Shown here in pieces: positions 58,855 through 64,000 of a stretch of DNA of 64,000 nucleotides. Location of the stretch: NCBI GenBank assembly GCA_963812015.1, contig CAWETI010000002.1, positions 608,001 to 672,000 on the forward strand, given 5' to 3'. This DNA comes from an uncultured delta proteobacterium (lineage in GTDB: Bacteria; Desulfobacterota; Desulfobaccia; Desulfobaccales; 0-14-0-80-60-11). The position numbers and the translations under genes were made by a program. Numbering within the stretch: position 1 is the first letter of the stretch; the number at the start of each line of letters is the position of its first letter. Below the pieces are notes generated by a model that saw only the letters and a program-made list of their open reading frames with translations, had not been told where the DNA came from and ran no database searches.

Positions 58855-59778
58855 ATGCAAGCGGAAAAACACCAGATGTGGGGCAAATACCTGGGTTGTA
58901 TGCTGGGCGGCGCCCTGGGAGATGCCATCGGCGAACTGGCCTTCCGCTTTGCGGAAGAGGGCCGGCTCCGGGCCGCCATTGCCGCCACCCCCCTGTTGCG
59001 CTACACCGACGACACGGCCATGGCCATTGGTGTGGCCGAATCCCTGATCGAGAGGGGGGACTTGGATCCTCCCCACCTGGGCCGGACCTTTCACCGCCAT
59101 TTCAACCGGGAACCTTGGAGAGGGTACGCTTCCGGTCCCCCCAGCATCTTTCAACAGGTGGAAACCTCTGGTCTCACTTACGAGGAGGCGGCCCGGCATC
59201 TGTTCGGGGGCCAGGGCTCCCTGGGTAACGGGGCGGCCATGCGGGTGGCCCCCCTGGGGTTGTTCTATCACGACGCTCCGGACCTGTATACTAAGGCCGT
59301 GGCATCCGCCGCGGTCACCCACGCCCATCCCCTGGCCCAGGATGGGGCCGCAGTCCAGGCCGACGCCGTGGCCATGGCGGTTCACCTGGACCCGGGGGAC
59401 CCCTTCCCCCGAGCCGCCTTCGTGAAGCGGATGCTCTTGCTGGCCAAAACTCCGGAGCTCAAAGAGAAATTATCCCTGGTCAGAGCATTGTTGAAGAGTA
59501 GGGTTCCCGGTCCGGAGGCGGCTAGAATCTTGGGCAAGTCGGTCATGATCCACGAGTCCCTGCCTTTTGCCCTCTATGCTTTTCTGGCCTGGCCCCATTC
59601 CTTTGAAAACTGCCTCCTGAACGCAGTGCTGAGCGGCGGGGACCGGGACACCCTGGGCGCCATGGCGGGGGCTATATCCGGCGCTTACTTGGGCGCGGCG
59701 GCCATCACCGCGCTCTGGCGGGAAAAACTGGAAAACCAAGACCTCATTGCAAAGCTGGCTCTGGCTCTCCTGGTGTAA
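58855..59778 (+). CDS. ADP-ribosylglycohydrolase family protein
   Basis: GALGDAIG, YTDDT, GNGAAMRVAP, THAH, GGDRDTLGAMAGAISGA. Confidence 0.93.
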   Translation: MQAEKHQMWGKYLGCMLGGALGDAIGELAFRFAEEGRLRAAIAATPLLRYTDDTAMAIGVAESLIERGDLDPPHLGRTFHRHFNREPWRGYASGPPSIFQQVETSGLTYEEAARHLFGGQGSLGNGAAMRVAPLGLFYHDAPDLYTKAVASAAVTHAHPLAQDGAAVQADAVAMAVHLDPGDPFPRAAFVKRMLLLAKTPELKEKLSLVRALLKSRVPGPEAARILGKSVMIHESLPFALYAFLAWPHSFENCLLNAVLSGGDRDTLGAMAGAISGAYLGAAAITALWREKLENQDLIAKLALALLV

Positions 59779-59975
59779 TCGCCTGCTTCTACGGCGCTCT
59801 GCGGCCGGCGCGGCGCCAGTGATTCGACGGTCATCCGGTGTGACAATCTTACGGGAAGTATGGGTGGCAGAAATCATCGTGAGCTTAGCAATCGATTCCC
59901 GATGAAGATTCTCCCGGGGAACTGTAGTGAAAGGTTGGCAAATTTGGGTAAGAAGTGTAAAATTTTAACGATAAA

Positions 59976-60050
59976 GCCGGCATAGCTCAGTGGTAGAGCA
60001 GCTGATTCGTAATCAGCAGGCCCGGGGTTCGACCCCCCGTGCCGGCTCCA
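59976..60050 (+). tRNA. tRNA-Thr(CGT)
   Basis: GCCGGCA acceptor stem, TAGCTCAGTGGTAGAGC D-arm, CTGAT-TCGTA-ATCAG anticodon arm, GGTTCGA T-loop, encoded CCA. Confidence 0.97.
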
Positions 60051-60864
60051 ATGAAATCAATGGGTTAGCTGAAGCGGCTAACCCTATAATTATTCTGGGC
60101 TACCAATCGGGCTACCAAAAATGTGGGGGCTGGGAGCCTGAAATAAAAAAGGGCAGGAAGATAATAGAGGTATCCCCCCAGACCGCAACCCTCTAACGCC
60201 CCGTCCCTGGCCCCGTTTCATAATCATACGGCCCGGAAGGTTGGGATGGGCGCCAGGTACAAGTAGCCCTCCTTTCTACCCCAGGCCTCTCGACCTGGCC
60301 CCGTGGGCCAGAGCCAGGTCAGAGCATCTGGACCCGAGCATGGCGAAGGACATTCCTTTCTTATGGCCGCCGCCCCTCGGCGCCCACGCTCATGCCTCTA
60401 ACCGGGACTGCCGCCTGCCCGCGTCCCTTCCCCGAATCGCACCCAGCTCCAACCCCGAAACCCAAACCCCGGGACCCGGGACTCCCCCCCCCCATACTAT
60501 AAATGCCACGGTGGCACCTGACTTGACAAAACCATTCAAGCCGTTTTCATCTCAGGAAAACCCCGGCAGAAATCACCTCCCCCTTTCTTCCGGTTCCCCA
60601 AAATTTTTAAAACCCAAAATCCGGCCTGGGTACCGGGCGGCGTTGGTCTGGGGGATGGTTCCGGCGGACCCCTGGCCGCGTGGCAAGGCTACTCATGCCC
60701 CTTTCTTCCCTTGGGTGCCCCCTTTGTGGACCGTGGTGGGGCTGTGAGTGGTCCTGAGAGCAGTTGATTTATCGTTCCCGGGGACGGTTTAAGGGTGCGT
60801 TTTGGTGTAGGTGCCTTCACCGGGCGGGTTCGGTCAGGAGCGAGGCGACGGACTCTTTGAGGGG

Positions 60865-61120
60865 CCCACTGGTGCACCATTAACGGGCGGTGCTGACTTG
60901 ACGTCCTTAGGCTTACCAGCCAGATAGCATCTGGTCGCCGAGGGATCGGTATGATTGACATTTGGGGGAAATTGATTTTCCGCCCAAATTTGTGCTATTT
61001 TGTCACCTGTGAGAAGAATTGGCTTCGAGAAGAGGACCGCTTGGGAGATTTTACTCGGGCAAAGAGGTTTCAAGACCTCGTTGCGAAAGAAATAGCATGG
61101 ATGCCGCATAATCTTAGTTT
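60865..61120 (+). repeat. 3' end remnant of an IS1380-like element; inverted homologue of about 39993-40250
   Basis: Shared blocks such as TTTCCGCCCAAATTTGTGCTATTTT, GAGAAGAATTGGC, CGAGAAGAGGACCG and GCATAATC. Confidence 0.85.
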
Positions 61121-61149
61121 TGATATGCAGTTTTAGGGGGATTAAGGCG

Positions 61150-61752
61150 ATGGAAAAAAATGAGCTGACGATTATAGCTTATCACGAGGCGGGCCATGCT
61201 GTTATGTATTATGTAACAAAAAAGAAACATATGGGTGTGTCAATAATACCAGATGGAAGCAATTTGGGTATTGTTAAAGAGGCTCCGATCGACACTCATA
61301 GTCTAAGCTATAATCACTATCGAGAGGCAATTATAATGATGGCTGGTAGAATAGCTGAAAGTATATATAGGGCAGAAGAAATTGATTTTTCTGGCTGTAT
61401 AATGGATGCCGCAGATTATGGTGTTGGATTTTACGATCCAGGCGAAACTCTCGATGCTTTTTTAAATTATATATTCCATTATACACACGATTTAGTGAAG
61501 AAATGGTGGCCTGAAATCGAAATGTTAGCAAAAGAACTTTTGGATAAGAAAGAGCTTAGTTATGTAAAGGCATACAAATTGATAAAAGAAACTCATAAGC
61601 GCAGAATACTTGGTGAAAGATATGAAGAGGAAAAAGATAAGGATAAATTAATGAGAAAGAAATTGATGGAGTATGGCAGAAAACATAAAATTCAAGAATT
61701 AAAGTTTAAAATAGAAAGCTTACAAAAGAAGTTAGAAACGCTAATAGCTTAA
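61150..61752 (+). CDS. HExxH zinc-metallopeptidase-like protein (M41/FtsH protease-domain-like, standalone)
   Basis: IAYHEAGHAV, MAGRIAE, LAKELLDKKELS; AT-rich. Confidence 0.7.
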   Translation: MEKNELTIIAYHEAGHAVMYYVTKKKHMGVSIIPDGSNLGIVKEAPIDTHSLSYNHYREAIIMMAGRIAESIYRAEEIDFSGCIMDAADYGVGFYDPGETLDAFLNYIFHYTHDLVKKWWPEIEMLAKELLDKKELSYVKAYKLIKETHKRRILGERYEEEKDKDKLMRKKLMEYGRKHKIQELKFKIESLQKKLETLIA

Positions 61753-61823
61753 TAATAATATCTCAGGCTTGGTAATCATTATAGATCTAAAATAATTCTA
61801 AGAAGCTTATACTCCAATCTTGG

Positions 61824-62798
61824 TCAATAATTCATTTTTGCAGGGATCACGCCTCTAACTCCGCCTCTCGGATTAGGAGTATCACCATCCCTTCGGGGAA
61901 TTAAGTGTAAATGTGCATGGTCTATGGTTTGCCCTGCAGAAATCCCACAATTTGCACCAACGTTGAATCCAGAAACTAATCTGTCATCTTGTAAGATTCT
62001 TTTCCGTAGTAATCTTAGCAAACCTTCGGCATCTTCTCTCTCTTTGGCAGTCATCGTGAAAAAATCTGCTGTGTGCCTGAAAGGGATTATGAGATGATGT
62101 CCTGGGGATACTGGGAAATTGTCTTCTATGGCAAAGACGGAATCGAATTCTTCAATTTTTCGAGATTTGATGTCATCTGAGCAAAATGGGCACCTGGGAT
62201 CTGTCTCCCGAACCCCAAATTTTCTAAAGTCGGTTTCGTCCTTGTTCCCTTTTGATCGGTTGCATTTGGCGCATAAAACCTGGAGGTTTTCTTCATTGTT
62301 TTTTCCCTTTCGGGACCTTGGTTTGATGTGGTCAATATCCAAAGGTTGCTCATTCTTCGTCGCCCCACAGAGAGCACAGCGTCCTCCCGCCTCTTTAAGG
62401 AGCTTAAACCGCATACTATCTGGCACCGGTTCTGTGTCCAGCATACGATAATCCCATATTCCAAGACCTTTCTTTTGAATAAAATCTTGTAGACGCCTTT
62501 CACATGCCATCTTTATCTGGGCTTTTTGGACGTAGGTCATTTTCGGAGTGGTCAGCGAAATGAGTTCTCCATCTCGCAAAACGACACCATGTTTTAAGAG
62601 CACGGGCAAGGGCATATGCTTAATTTTCTTTTCATAAAAGGTTAGCTGGCTTTCATCTTGGAGAAGAAAAGCCTGGGCTAATTGACGCAGGGTAGCAGAA
62701 CCATCAGATTCTATGAGTGCTCTTATCAATAGCGGTTGATAGATATGGCTCATGGTCATTCGTTTTTCGATAAATTCAACCAGGTCATTAAATTCCAT
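61824..62798 (-). CDS. HNH endonuclease-HIT hydrolase fusion protein
   Basis: RCALCG...DIDHIKP....G.N.EENLQVLCAKCNRSK; then CPFC, D.FPVSPGHHLIIP.RH, FNVGANCG..AGQTIDHAHLHLIPRR.GD. Confidence 0.9.
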   Translation of the reverse strand: MEFNDLVEFIEKRMTMSHIYQPLLIRALIESDGSATLRQLAQAFLLQDESQLTFYEKKIKHMPLPVLLKHGVVLRDGELISLTTPKMTYVQKAQIKMACERRLQDFIQKKGLGIWDYRMLDTEPVPDSMRFKLLKEAGGRCALCGATKNEQPLDIDHIKPRSRKGKNNEENLQVLCAKCNRSKGNKDETDFRKFGVRETDPRCPFCSDDIKSRKIEEFDSVFAIEDNFPVSPGHHLIIPFRHTADFFTMTAKEREDAEGLLRLLRKRILQDDRLVSGFNVGANCGISAGQTIDHAHLHLIPRRDGDTPNPRGGVRGVIPAKMNY

Positions 62799-64000
62799 GA
62801 TGAGGATCCCTTTCCACTCCCTTATCTCACAGGTCTGGGGAACAAGGCAAGAGTTGATCATCGACTATATGTGTGCCCCACTATGACGCCGGCCATACTC
62901 TCCCCGGCGCCCACCCTGGGGTGCCCTGCCTGCCAAAACTCAAAATGGAAACCAGGAGTGGGTCCCATAACCCCCCCTATGCTCAATTACCAGTACGGAC
63001 ACCACCTCAAAAAAATCGTTTATACCGGTTCCCACTGGCAGGAATGCCCCCCCTTATGGAGCCATCCCCAAAAATTTTTATACGAAAATCTTTTCCTGGC
63101 CTGGATGGATATGCTTCACTCCCTTGCCCACCTTCAAAGGCTAGGGGCAACACGAAGCCCAGGAGCTACCCGCAGGGGAAACTCCCTGGAGTTCGCCTTA
63201 AAGGTGCCTCTGGCCTCCCTTAGAAGGGCCCTGTGGGGCCTCTGGGGCTAGCCTGTAGGGGGGGGGTGGCGGTGTCATGAGGTTGCCCCACCCTCCATGG
63301 GCTTTAGGATGGATCGCCTTGACCTTGCCCTGAGCACATGCGGATGAGGCAGGTCGAGGGGCGCCTTGCCCCCGGCGCCCCCCCCTCTTGCGAGCCGTGG
63401 CGGGGCCGTGGTGGGTCTGTACGCATTGGAAGGCAGGCCTAGGGGAGGGTTGGGCTATGCATTTTACCCCGGCGGGCGGTGTCGGCCAGGAGAAGGGCGA
63501 CGGCACCATGTGGTGATTTCTTAATGCCTGCTGCTCCCAGTCGATATGACCGCCCCAGAAGATTTCCGATTTTTCTGGAGGATTCCCAATTCAAGGTCTA
63601 TTTGCAAGGTCACGATAAACGAACGATATGGAAAAATTGACCAAAGGGCGGATAGTGGCAAGATATTTGCGATTCTTTGATCAGCCCCTATATCGTGCCC
63701 GAAGTGGAATGTGGACGTGGCTTTTGGTTTTCTCCTGGCGTACCTTAACCGGCTGTGTTTGCCTGGTCTCCTATGTCTGGAATTTGTTAAAAAAGTGATT
63801 ACTTGATAAATATATTATCCCACGAGAAAATTTGCCTACGAAGAAGAAATTCTTTTTAGGGGTTAAACTCGGGGATAGTTCCCAAAACAATTTTTGACTG
63901 CTGTGGCCAAGGTTACCGCATAATTTCAGGAAATAGGAAGAAATCAAGGGCAACCAAAAAACTTGACTTATGGCGAACTTTATGTTGGATTAGGTAAAAG

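Noticed and set aside
59990..60196. 68-aa ORF
   Set aside because: Overlaps the tRNA-Thr gene.
60241..60747. Pro-rich 168-aa ORF, and similar ORFs at 62736-63509
   Set aside because: Low-complexity GC-rich translations with no motif or RBS; probably non-coding or decayed.
1..64000. CRISPR array or rRNA
   Set aside because: No regularly spaced direct repeats, cas genes or rRNA-like sequence were seen.

Overview
Bacterial window; the gene content and mixed GC suggest a Desulfobacterota/deltaproteobacterium, which is inference only. (1) 1-26.3 kb: a mostly minus-strand Wzx/Wzy-type surface-polysaccharide locus (wza, wzc, wzx, putative wzy, GT2/GT4/GT9/CgeB-type glycosyltransferases, methyltransferases, a DegT-type aminotransferase, a decayed UpxY/NusG antiterminator), interrupted by IS1595, IS3 and IS630 elements and gene remnants. 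(2) 26.5-45 kb: directly upstream and mostly co-oriented, a complete lasso-peptide gene cluster. Its 48-aa precursor (28803-28949, minus strand) is below the ORF-track cutoff and was found by hand: leader MKSTKKERLAYHPPQVMDYGNVKQITM, core ATGRNGNTDTGGWTGRNKTAA. The cluster has B1/RRE, B2 protease, cyclase and an ABC exporter. It also has an unusually rich set of candidate tailoring enzymes: an HPr-like kinase, a PRMT-like methyltransferase with a C-terminal RRE-like domain, a GT41 TPR glycosyltransferase, a UPF0489 arginase-like TPR protein, a nucleotidyltransferase and a carbamoyltransferase-TPR. This heavily tailored lasso system joined to a capsule/EPS locus is the most interesting candidate novel system here. 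(3) 45.7-60 kb: core-like genes (rfbC/D/B, a two-component pair with a sigma-54 activator, bioA, a kinase, an alcohol dehydrogenase, ArsC-like, ADP-ribosylglycohydrolase). (4) tRNA-Thr(CGT) at 59976-60050, followed by the probable edge of an integrated island carrying an HExxH protein and an HNH-HIT fusion. All family calls come from motif recognition, not from database searches.
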